Assembly (NCBI GenBank): GCA_041548245.1
Contig: JBFESZ010000023.1
Span: 1 to 25,870 of the forward strand
DNA: 25,870 nucleotides
Origin: Sulfurimonadaceae bacterium
Lineage (GTDB): Bacteria > Campylobacterota > Campylobacteria > Campylobacterales > Sulfurimonadaceae
Reading direction: 5' to 3'
Each line of letters begins with the position of its first letter. The stretch's first letter is position 1. The notes under the pieces were generated by a model. It worked only from the letters and a program-made list of their open reading frames with translations. It was not told the DNA's origin and did not search any database. This document shows positions 8,255 to 17,471 of this stretch, in pieces. The translations under genes and the position numbers were made by a program.

Positions 8255-9545
8255 TGATATTGAAGACAATCGCCATATGCTCGAACGTCTGATCACACAG
8301 TTTAGTCGAAAATATAAAATCGATGTTGAAGTCTTTCAGGCAGAAAATGGAAAACAGGCTACTGAGGTCTGTGACGAGAAAGCCATCGACCTGGTCTTCA
8401 TGGACATCATCATGCCCGTCATGGATGGCTTGGAAGCCACTAAACTCATCAAAAAAGCACACCCTTCCATCATGATTATCGTCATCTCTTCTGAAAATGA
8501 CGAAGAGATTAAGACACAGATCCTTCATGCCGGAGCTGAAGACTATGTCCTGAAACCTTTTAGTTCCGCCATTATGATTAGCCGACTGAACAACTATTGC
8601 AAACTGATCCATTCACGCAATGCCATCGGGTATCACACCAAAGCCGTCAACACCTTCACGCATAATGTTTACAGTTATCAACTCACTTTCTTTTTGAGTA
8701 ATGATGATGAACTGGCACAATTTTGGGAGACGATGCTGGTACGTCTTGAGTTTCAAAACCATATCAGACACTTAAGTGATTTTGTACGTTTTCTTTTCCA
8801 ACTGAGTACCCTTCAACTTCAAAAAGGGTATAAGTGTCATATCTATTTAGAAGAGGATGAGCACAACTTCTATTTCAGTATCGACAATATGAAGCTCCTC
8901 CCTACCGATACCATCCATCAGATGATACATAAGTATTGTGCCAATGCCATCTATGACATACAGGATGACATCCTCTCATTTGCCCTGCCTAGAGTCAGTG
9001 AGCATACTCCTGTGGCAGCTTCTCAGACACTAGATGTTTGTGAAAGAAAGGATAATGAACCCTCGCTCACCTTCCCTTCAGCCTCCATGCTTAAAGAGAA
9101 GTACCAGACCTATGACATCCTTGATGTAGAAGCCCTTGAAGAGTTTGACTATATCGTTTCCAAACTCCAAACCGAGATTATGCTTATGGGCTCTTCTTCA
9201 CTGGATATGGACGATATCGATATGATGAATGAATATATGAAAAAACTTTCATCCATACTAAGTGTCTCTCAAGACTCCTATGTCATAGCCGCATCCTTAA
9301 GTGACCTATCAGCCCTTCTTGATGAGTACAGTGAGCCTTTCTTGCAGATGAGCAAAGACCTCTCAGCGATGATGACCTCATTTATCAATGACCTGCTCAT
9401 GTGGAAAGAGATGATATTTGTCACAGGTGCTCCTTCGGTCGACTTTCTTGACAACTCCATCAGCAGCAATGTACAGATGATCCGTGCCGTATTCATAGCC
9501 GATGAGACCTCCATGGAGGATATGGATGATATCTTTGATTTCTAA
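8232..9545 (+). CDS. Response regulator with REC and uncharacterised C-terminal output region
   Basis: REC (ILIVDD, VFMDIIMP, VISS, VLKP); remaining ~310 aa show no HTH, GGDEF, EAL or HisKA motif; acidic tail EDMDDIFDF. Confidence 0.85.
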   Translation: MMNILIVDDIEDNRHMLERLITQFSRKYKIDVEVFQAENGKQATEVCDEKAIDLVFMDIIMPVMDGLEATKLIKKAHPSIMIIVISSENDEEIKTQILHAGAEDYVLKPFSSAIMISRLNNYCKLIHSRNAIGYHTKAVNTFTHNVYSYQLTFFLSNDDELAQFWETMLVRLEFQNHIRHLSDFVRFLFQLSTLQLQKGYKCHIYLEEDEHNFYFSIDNMKLLPTDTIHQMIHKYCANAIYDIQDDILSFALPRVSEHTPVAASQTLDVCERKDNEPSLTFPSASMLKEKYQTYDILDVEALEEFDYIVSKLQTEIMLMGSSSLDMDDIDMMNEYMKKLSSILSVSQDSYVIAASLSDLSALLDEYSEPFLQMSKDLSAMMTSFINDLLMWKEMIFVTGAPSVDFLDNSISSNVQMIRAVFIADETSMEDMDDIFDF

Positions 9546-12500
9546 ATCCAGTATTTTAAAACTGCTCTTACTTTTATCCCTGGGCTTTTCGACACTTTTT
9601 TCAAATAGTCTGGTCCTGAGTGAGGAAGAAAAGAGATGGATACAGAACCATAGAGATGTCACTTTCACCGGTGATCCCAATTGGCTTCCTTTTGAGGCTT
9701 TCAATGAGAAGGGGCACTATATCGGGATCGTGGCCGATCATCTTGATATCATCGAACACAAGACAGGCTTGCATTTTGTTCCCCGTGTTGTCAAAAGCTG
9801 GAGCGAGTCCTTAGAGATTGCCAAAACAGGCAAGGTCTCTCTTGTCTCAGGTGATATTGCAGACAAGGTACTGAACCAACATTTCAAACCGATCGATCCG
9901 TATCTTCTCAATCCGATTGTCATCATTATGAATCATGAGCTGTTGGATGAGCACAATCATTTTATTGAGTCTCTCCAGTCTTTACAGGGCCAAAAGATCG
10001 CCATGATAAGGGGGTATGGTTATATTGCAGATGTTTATAAGAGATATCCGAATATGGACTTTATTGAGATTGAGAACATTCAAGAAGGCCTGAACGGTCT
10101 ATCCACAGGCAAATATGATGTGTTATTGGCCTCTGAAATGCTTGCAAGTCATACTATTTCACAAATGGGTATGGACAAGCTCCGCATCGTCGGAAAGACA
10201 CCTATCATCATGTCCGTCACCCTCTTCGTCGATAAAAACCAGCCTCTACTGTATTCCATTATCAACAAGGCTATCACCTCTATCTCCGCCAAGCAGAAGC
10301 ATGAGATATATGACAAATGGACAAACACTGGCAAGACTCGTTTGGAGTACAAATGGATTCTTATCATCCTCTTCCTAGCATTTGTCTCATTCGCAGTTTT
10401 ACTCAACCTCTACCGTAAGGCGGTAAAAGCCAAAGAACTTTACTCTTTTGCCGTTGAAGGATCACAAGACGCGCTTTGGAACTGGGATATAAAAAAAGAC
10501 ATAAGCTATTTCTCGCCGCGCTTCAAAGAGATGATGGGACTCGAAGAGAATGAATGTTTTAGTGAAAATCCCAACTGGATAGACAATGTCCACCCGGATG
10601 ACAGAGGCTCTGTCCTTGCACTCATAGAAGAGAACCTCAAAGGCCATAGCGACACCCTCGATACACAATACCGCATACGCCATAAAAACGGCACATGGGT
10701 ATGGGTGCACGCACGGGCAAAAACCTTCTACGATTTTGAAGGACGTCCGAGTAGGATGGACGGGATCTGCAGGGACATCACAGCAGAGAAAGAGTTAAGT
10801 CTTGAACTCATGAAATCCCGTCAGCTTTTACATACCATCATCGACAATATTCCTGTTCGCATCTTCTGGAAAGACACCAATGGCGTCTACTTGGGATATA
10901 ACAAGCTTTTTGCCAGCGACATTGACAAGGATTCACACAAGAACTATATCGGTCTATCCGATCGTGACATGCCATGGAAAAGTGAGGCCGAAAGTTATAT
11001 GAATGATGACCAAGCAGTCATGACATCAGGCATAGCCAAACTGAATTTCGAAGAGCAACAGACAAAACCTGATGGACATAAGATGTGGCTCTCTACCTCC
11101 AAAGTACCACTGATAGACGATGAGGGAAATGCCTATGGTGTCCTCGGTGCCTATTATGACATCACTGAACATAAGAACATTCAGTTGGAGAATGAGAAGA
11201 CGACCAAAAGGCTCGAAACCGCTCAGCAGCTCAGCCATATAGGAAGCTGGGAGTGGGATATGATCAGTGGCGATCTCATATGGTCAGACGAAGTCTACCG
11301 TATCTTTGGTGAAGAGCCGCAAAGTTTTACACCCACCTATGAGGCCTTTACGTCCTATATCCCCGATGAGTATTTAAAAGGGCTCGAAGAAGCCGTATCC
11401 ATAGCAATAAAGACCAAAGAACCCTACGAGTATGACCATGAAGTACGCTGCAAAGACGGAAGCATACGCCTGGTCAGAGAGGCAGGTTATATCCGTTTCA
11501 ATGAAAAGGGAGAGCCTATCTCTATGCTGGGTACGCTGATGAACATCAACTCTATTGTAGTGGCAGAGACTGCTATTCAAGAAAATCAAGAGCTTACCCG
11601 CCGTTTGGAACAGTTTGATAAGAACATCATCGCTTCGAACACAGACGCTAAGGGAATCATCACTTACGCCAGTCAAGCCTTTGCAAAGATCAGCGGCTAC
11701 TCCCTAGATGAGCTGATCGGAAAGCCGCAAAACATAGTCCGCCACGAGGACACTCCTCCTGAGCTTTTCAAAGAGTTATGGCAGACAATTCAGTCAGGCT
11801 CTATTTGGCATGGAGAGATCCAAAACAGAGCAAAAGACGGCTCTACCTACTGGGTAGACACCACGATTACACCTATGTTAGATGCACAAGACAAGATCAT
11901 CGGATACTCTTCCATACGACGTGATATCACCCATGAGAAACAGGTCATCGATCTGCACCGTTCCTTGGAGAAAAAGTCATTGGAACTTCAAGGTCTCAAC
12001 ACAGATCTTGAAAGACGTATTAAAGAGGCCGTGGAACAGAGCAAACAGAAAGACCATCTTATGACCCAACAGAGCAAACTCGCCTCAATGGGAGAGATGA
12101 TCGGAAACATAGCCCATCAATGGCGCCAACCGCTTAATGCCCTTGCCCTATTGCTTCAAAAACAACTGATGCTGTATGAACGTGGTATGCTCAATGATGA
12201 AAAGGTTAAGGAGAGTGTTCAAAAAGGAACCATACTTATCAATAAGATGTCCACGACCATTGATGATTTCCGAGACTTTTTCAAGCCCAATAAGGAGAAA
12301 AAAGATTTTGACATCAAAAATGCTGTTGATGACACTTTTGAACTGATCAATGCGGCACTGTACAATAAAAACATCAGCCTTCATATCAACCTTCAAGAGG
12401 GGTATATCATCCATGGTTACAAAAATGAGTTTTCCCAGGTCATCTTGAACCTGATCAACAATGCCAAAGACATACTCATAGAAAAGGCCATAGAACATCC

Positions 12501-12762
12501 CGAGATAGATATAAATGCCACTGTCGAAAATGGAAAGATTACACTTGAAGTAGCAGACAATGCGGGCGGTATAGATGAAGATATCATCGAACATGTCTTT
12601 GAGCCTTACTTTACTACCAAGGAAGAGGGAAAAGGTACAGGTATTGGTCTGTATATGTCCAAAATGATCATCGAAGAGAACATGCATGGAAAACTCGATG
12701 TCAAAAATAGCGATAAGGGTGCAGTGTTTAGTATAACACTTGATCTTAATCATAATCCCTAG
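9526..12762 (+). CDS. Sensor histidine kinase: periplasmic solute-binding (PBPb) domain, TM, four PAS domains, HisKA-HATPase
   Basis: Signal-like N-terminus, LSEEEKRWI...DPNWLPFE...GHYIGIVAD (BvgS/EvgS-type Venus flytrap), TM, four PAS repeats, IAHQWRQPL, GKGTGIGLY. Start likely ATG 9526 (GGAGG at 9515-9519). Confidence 0.92.
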   Translation: MISLISKSSILKLLLLLSLGFSTLFSNSLVLSEEEKRWIQNHRDVTFTGDPNWLPFEAFNEKGHYIGIVADHLDIIEHKTGLHFVPRVVKSWSESLEIAKTGKVSLVSGDIADKVLNQHFKPIDPYLLNPIVIIMNHELLDEHNHFIESLQSLQGQKIAMIRGYGYIADVYKRYPNMDFIEIENIQEGLNGLSTGKYDVLLASEMLASHTISQMGMDKLRIVGKTPIIMSVTLFVDKNQPLLYSIINKAITSISAKQKHEIYDKWTNTGKTRLEYKWILIILFLAFVSFAVLLNLYRKAVKAKELYSFAVEGSQDALWNWDIKKDISYFSPRFKEMMGLEENECFSENPNWIDNVHPDDRGSVLALIEENLKGHSDTLDTQYRIRHKNGTWVWVHARAKTFYDFEGRPSRMDGICRDITAEKELSLELMKSRQLLHTIIDNIPVRIFWKDTNGVYLGYNKLFASDIDKDSHKNYIGLSDRDMPWKSEAESYMNDDQAVMTSGIAKLNFEEQQTKPDGHKMWLSTSKVPLIDDEGNAYGVLGAYYDITEHKNIQLENEKTTKRLETAQQLSHIGSWEWDMISGDLIWSDEVYRIFGEEPQSFTPTYEAFTSYIPDEYLKGLEEAVSIAIKTKEPYEYDHEVRCKDGSIRLVREAGYIRFNEKGEPISMLGTLMNINSIVVAETAIQENQELTRRLEQFDKNIIASNTDAKGIITYASQAFAKISGYSLDELIGKPQNIVRHEDTPPELFKELWQTIQSGSIWHGEIQNRAKDGSTYWVDTTITPMLDAQDKIIGYSSIRRDITHEKQVIDLHRSLEKKSLELQGLNTDLERRIKEAVEQSKQKDHLMTQQSKLASMGEMIGNIAHQWRQPLNALALLLQKQLMLYERGMLNDEKVKESVQKGTILINKMSTTIDDFRDFFKPNKEKKDFDIKNAVDDTFELINAALYNKNISLHINLQEGYIIHGYKNEFSQVILNLINNAKDILIEKAIEHPEIDINATVENGKITLEVADNAGGIDEDIIEHVFEPYFTTKEEGKGTGIGLYMSKMIIEENMHGKLDVKNSDKGAVFSITLDLNHNP

Positions 12763-12783
12763 TCCTATCAAAAAGGAAGTCTC

Positions 12784-14682
12784 ATGACAAAGCCATCTAT
12801 CTTGATCATTGACGATTCAAAACTGATCAACAACAGTCTGAAGTTTTCACTCGAGCAAAGAGGCTTCAGCGTGACTCAGGCCTTTGATATCTCTACAGCT
12901 AAGGGCATCTTGCTCGAAAACAGCTTTGACTACGCCCTGCTTGATCTTATTCTTCCAGACGGAGACGGTGAAACGCTCTTACCTTTTCTGCAGATTCATG
13001 AAGAGATCAGAGTCATCATCATGACCTCCGATCGCGATGCAGACCGTCGTGAAAACCTCTTTAGCTTTGGTATCGTCATCGACTATATCACTAAAGAGCG
13101 CCATTTTGACGAGATGGAACTCTCCATCGTCCAACTTATTGAACGTATTTCGACCAACAACAATCTCACTATCCTTGTCGTTGATGATTCAAATTTTATG
13201 CGCACTCAGCTACGTATCCTGCTCTCAAAACGCGGGTTCAAGGTTTTTGTTGCCATTGATGGCAAAGAGGCCCTTAATGTCATAAAAAACAACCATATTG
13301 ATGCGGCCATTGTAGATCTTGAGATGCCTGTCATGGATGGAAACCGCCTATTAAGTGCCATTCATCAGGACAAGGCCAATCTCTTGATGCCTGTTATGGT
13401 GATATCGGGTACCAATGATCCCAGCAAAATAGCCCGTGTAATCAAAAACGGGGCCAACGACTTTATCAAAAAGCCCTATGCTAATGAAGAGCTACTGCTG
13501 AAAGTGGATAAGATGATGGAAGAGCTCAAGCAGAAGCGTCTGATCAAAGTACAGGAAGCAAAGTTTGCGATGTACAACTGTGCCATTGACAAGGCTGCAA
13601 TATTTTTCAAACTTGACCAAGACCTTGCCATAATATATGCCAACCGTGCCTTATGCGAACTCTTGAGCAAAGGTATTGAGATCGATTCAGGAAGCCGTTT
13701 CGATGATTTTATAGACAGTGATGACAAAAAACACCTCGACAACCTAAAACATGAACTACGAGCAGGCAACACCTATCAAAGGACCTTCAGATTAAACAGT
13801 GAAGACCTGGGTTCTGTCAGTCTGCGCCTGACGTTCACACCTATCAAAGAAGGGCAGGAAACAATCAAAGAGATTCTTGTTATAGGATTTGACGTCTCCT
13901 TGCTGCAGCAAAAAGAGGACTATCTTGAAATGCGCGTCAAGGCTGAGATAAAAAAGAACTGGGAGCAGAACAGGCTTATGATCCAACAGTCGAAGATGGC
14001 ATCCATGGGCGAGATGATCGGCCATATCGGTCATCAATGGCGTCAACCGCTTAACTCCTTAGGATTGATGTTTCAAAAATTGAACAAGGCTTATCACAAA
14101 AATAGACTCAATGATGAGATTATGGACAACTCAACACAAAAAGCGATGCGTGTCATCACTCAAATGTCAAAGACAATCGATGATTTCAAAGATTTTTTCA
14201 ATGATGACAAGAGCAGGCATCTTTGCAGACTCTCTGATGTTGTCCATCAGGCCTATGAAATCATTGAATCAACGCTGCATCACCATAATATCACTTTCAA
14301 AACATATATCGTAGATGATATTTCTCTTATCTGCCTTAAAAATGAGCTCTCTCAAGTCATATTGAACATTCTCTCAAATGCCAAGGACGCTCTTGTTCTC
14401 AATCATATCAAACACCCTCAGATATCTCTCACCATAGAACGCAGACAAGATGATGCCCTAATTATCATAGACGATAATGCCGGAGGTATACCAGAGAATA
14501 TTATTGACAAGATATTCGAACCTTACTTTACGACCAAAGAAAAGGACAACGGTACCGGAATTGGCCTTTACATGTCAAAAACAATCATTCAGGAACATAT
14601 GTATGGTACAATAAAAGTATCCAATACGCTTTCAGGTGCTTCTTTTAAAATTACACTGCCTATAATGGAGGAGAATGGATAA
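12784..14682 (+). CDS. Hybrid kinase REC-REC-PAS-HisKA-HATPase
   Basis: REC1 (IIDD, LLDLILP, MTS, ITKE), REC2 (VVDD, IVDLEMP, ISG, IKKP), PAS-like segment, IGHQWRQPL, DNAGGIP, GTGIGLY. Confidence 0.9.
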   Translation: MTKPSILIIDDSKLINNSLKFSLEQRGFSVTQAFDISTAKGILLENSFDYALLDLILPDGDGETLLPFLQIHEEIRVIIMTSDRDADRRENLFSFGIVIDYITKERHFDEMELSIVQLIERISTNNNLTILVVDDSNFMRTQLRILLSKRGFKVFVAIDGKEALNVIKNNHIDAAIVDLEMPVMDGNRLLSAIHQDKANLLMPVMVISGTNDPSKIARVIKNGANDFIKKPYANEELLLKVDKMMEELKQKRLIKVQEAKFAMYNCAIDKAAIFFKLDQDLAIIYANRALCELLSKGIEIDSGSRFDDFIDSDDKKHLDNLKHELRAGNTYQRTFRLNSEDLGSVSLRLTFTPIKEGQETIKEILVIGFDVSLLQQKEDYLEMRVKAEIKKNWEQNRLMIQQSKMASMGEMIGHIGHQWRQPLNSLGLMFQKLNKAYHKNRLNDEIMDNSTQKAMRVITQMSKTIDDFKDFFNDDKSRHLCRLSDVVHQAYEIIESTLHHHNITFKTYIVDDISLICLKNELSQVILNILSNAKDALVLNHIKHPQISLTIERRQDDALIIIDDNAGGIPENIIDKIFEPYFTTKEKDNGTGIGLYMSKTIIQEHMYGTIKVSNTLSGASFKITLPIMEENG

Positions 14683-15059
14683 TGAATGATAATTTAGTAC
14701 TTTTATATGTTGAGGATGAAGCAAGTATTCGAGAAGAGATGATTGACATCCTTGAACTTGATTTTCAAAATATCCATGTGGCTAAAAATGGTCAAGAGGG
14801 TCTGCAAATGTTTCAAAAACTTCAGCCTGATATTGTCATCTCAGACATTCAAATGCCCATAATGGACGGTCTGAGTATGTCAAAGGAGATACTTTCAATC
14901 AACCCCGATGCAAAAATCATTCTAACGACAGCATTCAATGAGCATGGATATCTTGAGCAGGCCGATAATATCGGAATCAAAAGTTATATCAATAAGCCCG
15001 TCAATATCGACGAACTCTTTGAAAAGATAGAAGAACTTCTCACTCCGACAGAGAAATAA
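14682..15059 (+). CDS. Single-domain response regulator (REC only)
   Basis: LYVEDE, ISDIQMP, LTTA, INKP; 125 aa; TAATG stop/start overlap. Confidence 0.92.
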   Translation: MNDNLVLLYVEDEASIREEMIDILELDFQNIHVAKNGQEGLQMFQKLQPDIVISDIQMPIMDGLSMSKEILSINPDAKIILTTAFNEHGYLEQADNIGIKSYINKPVNIDELFEKIEELLTPTEK

Positions 15060-15067
15060 GGAGTTTT

Positions 15068-16195
15068 ATGAAAATAGACAAATTACATTTTGAAGATGGG
15101 AACTGGGTACTTGAAAACGATAACGAATGTGATATAGAGCATGTCGATATCGTCTTTGTCTTTGCCGATATAAAAGCCCTACGTAAGTATGATCATGTGC
15201 AACTGCTGAAACAAAAATACCCGAACGCACATATCGTCGGGACATCGACTGCCGGAAATATTATGGACGATGCCGTCAGTGATTATGAGGCGGTTGCGAC
15301 AGCTGTGAGTTTGGAAAAAGGTCATGTCATTGTAAAGAGTCTCCACGGTCTTGATAATGAGGGTCTCTACGAATCCGCCCAGGAACTTGGACGCTCCTTT
15401 CCCAAAGAGGAACTTCGTCATCTCTTTGTGATGACTGATGGTTTAAAGCTCAATGGAAGTGAATTGATAAAGGGGCTTAACAGTGTCCTTGATGTGAGTA
15501 TAACAGGTGGTTTGGCCGGTGATGACCTAAGTTTTATTCAGACACTTGTCTTTGCTGACGGACCCGCTCAGGAGATGTCTATGGTTGCTGTAGGGTTTTA
15601 CGGAGAAAAACTCCATGTCAGTGTCGGATGCAAAGCAGGATGGGAAGAGTTCGGTGCAGAACGTGTCGTGACGAGATCCAAAGGTAATGTTATCTATGAG
15701 ATCGATAATAAACCGGCCTTGGAACTTTACGAGGCCTATTTGGGAGATTATATCAAAGACCTTCCGGCAAGCGGACTTCTTTTTCCTCTTAATGTCAAAG
15801 AGTATGAAGGTGATCATGAGGTCATCCGCGTCATGATGGCTATCAATGATGATAAATCCATCGTCTTTGCAGGTGACATCCCGCAGGGCTCCATTGTACG
15901 CTTAATGAAGACCAATGTCGATAACTTGATTGACGGCTCTTCCCTTGTCGCTAATACCATCAGGCCCTATAATCAAAAACGCTCTCTGGCATTGGCAGTC
16001 AGTTGTAGTGGACGCCGTAGTGTGCTTAAGCAGCTTGTCGATGAAGAGATAGATGTCTTACATGACATACTTGGAAAGAATACACAGATTGTTGGATTTT
16101 ACTCATTTGGAGAGTTTGCTCCCTTCTCTGACAATATTCTTGATTGCAAGCTCCATAACCAGACAATGACCTTGACCACCATCTACGAGGAATAG
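15068..16195 (+). CDS. FIST-domain signal transduction protein (NosP-like)
   Basis: FIST_N/FIST_C motifs IVGTSTAG, TGGLAGD, YEIDNKPALELY, SCSGRR, GFYSFGE, LHNQTM; RBS AAGGAG. Confidence 0.9.
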   Translation: MKIDKLHFEDGNWVLENDNECDIEHVDIVFVFADIKALRKYDHVQLLKQKYPNAHIVGTSTAGNIMDDAVSDYEAVATAVSLEKGHVIVKSLHGLDNEGLYESAQELGRSFPKEELRHLFVMTDGLKLNGSELIKGLNSVLDVSITGGLAGDDLSFIQTLVFADGPAQEMSMVAVGFYGEKLHVSVGCKAGWEEFGAERVVTRSKGNVIYEIDNKPALELYEAYLGDYIKDLPASGLLFPLNVKEYEGDHEVIRVMMAINDDKSIVFAGDIPQGSIVRLMKTNVDNLIDGSSLVANTIRPYNQKRSLALAVSCSGRRSVLKQLVDEEIDVLHDILGKNTQIVGFYSFGEFAPFSDNILDCKLHNQTMTLTTIYEE

Positions 16196-16196
16196 C

Positions 16197-17471
16197 ATGA
16201 ACCGTCTGCTTCGCTCACAACTGAAAAAGGCTTTTGGAAAAGAGTTTAAAATTGATGAGAGTTCCGAAGAGTTCAAGAAGTTTGTAGGCTTTCTGAGTCA
16301 GTCATATGACGAGTTTTATATGGAGCGGCAGATGCTCGAACACACGCTCGAGGTCAACTCCAAAGAGCTAACCGAGGCCAACCGCGAGGTCATGACAAAT
16401 CATGAATTGCTGCGAAGTGTTACCGAGTCAATGGATGAGGCTATCTTTTATAAAGACCTTGCCTTGAAATATATAGGTTGCAATTCACATTTTTCAAACC
16501 TTATAGGATATTCTTCAGATGAGATCATCGGCAAAGATGACTATGAACTCTTTGATACAGAAGAGGCTGATTACAAACGCGATATCGACAGTATATTGCT
16601 AAGCAACAATGCGCCTCTTTCTGTTAAAGAGTGGCTGACAGACAGTAAGGGGAAGAAACACTATTTCTCTACCATCAAGTCACCGCTTTTAAATGCTAAG
16701 GGCAACACAATCGGCATCGTCGGCGTCGCACGTGATATTACCAGAGAACATGAGATGGAACAGGAGCTTAAATCCAAAGAGATGCTTCTGCTACAGCAAA
16801 GCAGGCATGCTTCTATGGGGGAGATGATCGGTAATATCGCGCACCAGTGGCGTCAACCTCTTAATGCCCTCGGTCTGCTTATTCAAAAAATAGGTCATCT
16901 TTATAATCGCGGAACACTGAAGGAGGAGAAGATGAATGAAAATATAGACAAGGGGATGCAACTCATCAATGGAATGTCCAAAACCATTGACGATTTTCGC
17001 GAGTTTTTCAATCCTAATAAACAGAAGACCTATTTTTCTGTACAAGAATCCATTCAAAATGCTTACTCTATAGTCGAATCATCCTTGAATATCAACTTGA
17101 TCACGTATAAACTTGAAATGCCCAGCGATATGAAAGTGGAAGGCTACCAAAACGAATTTTCACAAGTCATCGTCAATCTTTTAAACAATGCAAAAGATGT
17201 GCTTATCGAAAGGAAGGTTTCCCCTGCCTATATCAAAGTGTCCGCTATTGAAAACAACAACCGACTACTTCTTAAAGTGTGTGACAACGGTGGCGGTATA
17301 GATGAATCGACACTTGAAAAGATTTTTGATCCTTACTTCACGACGAAAGAGGAAGGAAAAGGCACCGGCATAGGTCTGTACATGTCAAAAATAATCATCG
17401 AGGACCACATGGAAGGCCTGATCCGTGCTACAAATACAGACGATGGTGTCTGTTTTACGATAGTTATCTAA
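16197..17471 (+). CDS. Cytoplasmic PAS histidine kinase adjacent to the FIST gene
   Basis: N-terminal helical segment MNRLLRSQLKK, PAS (IFYKD...IIGKDDYELF...VGVARDIT), IAHQWRQPL, DNGGGI, GKGTGIGLY. Confidence 0.92.
   Translation: MNRLLRSQLKKAFGKEFKIDESSEEFKKFVGFLSQSYDEFYMERQMLEHTLEVNSKELTEANREVMTNHELLRSVTESMDEAIFYKDLALKYIGCNSHFSNLIGYSSDEIIGKDDYELFDTEEADYKRDIDSILLSNNAPLSVKEWLTDSKGKKHYFSTIKSPLLNAKGNTIGIVGVARDITREHEMEQELKSKEMLLLQQSRHASMGEMIGNIAHQWRQPLNALGLLIQKIGHLYNRGTLKEEKMNENIDKGMQLINGMSKTIDDFREFFNPNKQKTYFSVQESIQNAYSIVESSLNINLITYKLEMPSDMKVEGYQNEFSQVIVNLLNNAKDVLIERKVSPAYIKVSAIENNNRLLLKVCDNGGGIDESTLEKIFDPYFTTKEEGKGTGIGLYMSKIIIEDHMEGLIRATNTDDGVCFTIVI

Noticed and set aside
4529-9525. Longer ORF-track starts at 4529, 5736 and 9502 (also 2764)
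   Set aside because: Downstream starts have better-placed RBS-like sequences or give cleaner N-termini and shorter overlaps.
14682-15059. Calling the stand-alone REC cheY
   Set aside because: No chemotaxis genes nearby and it most resembles the REC of the HD-GYP protein.
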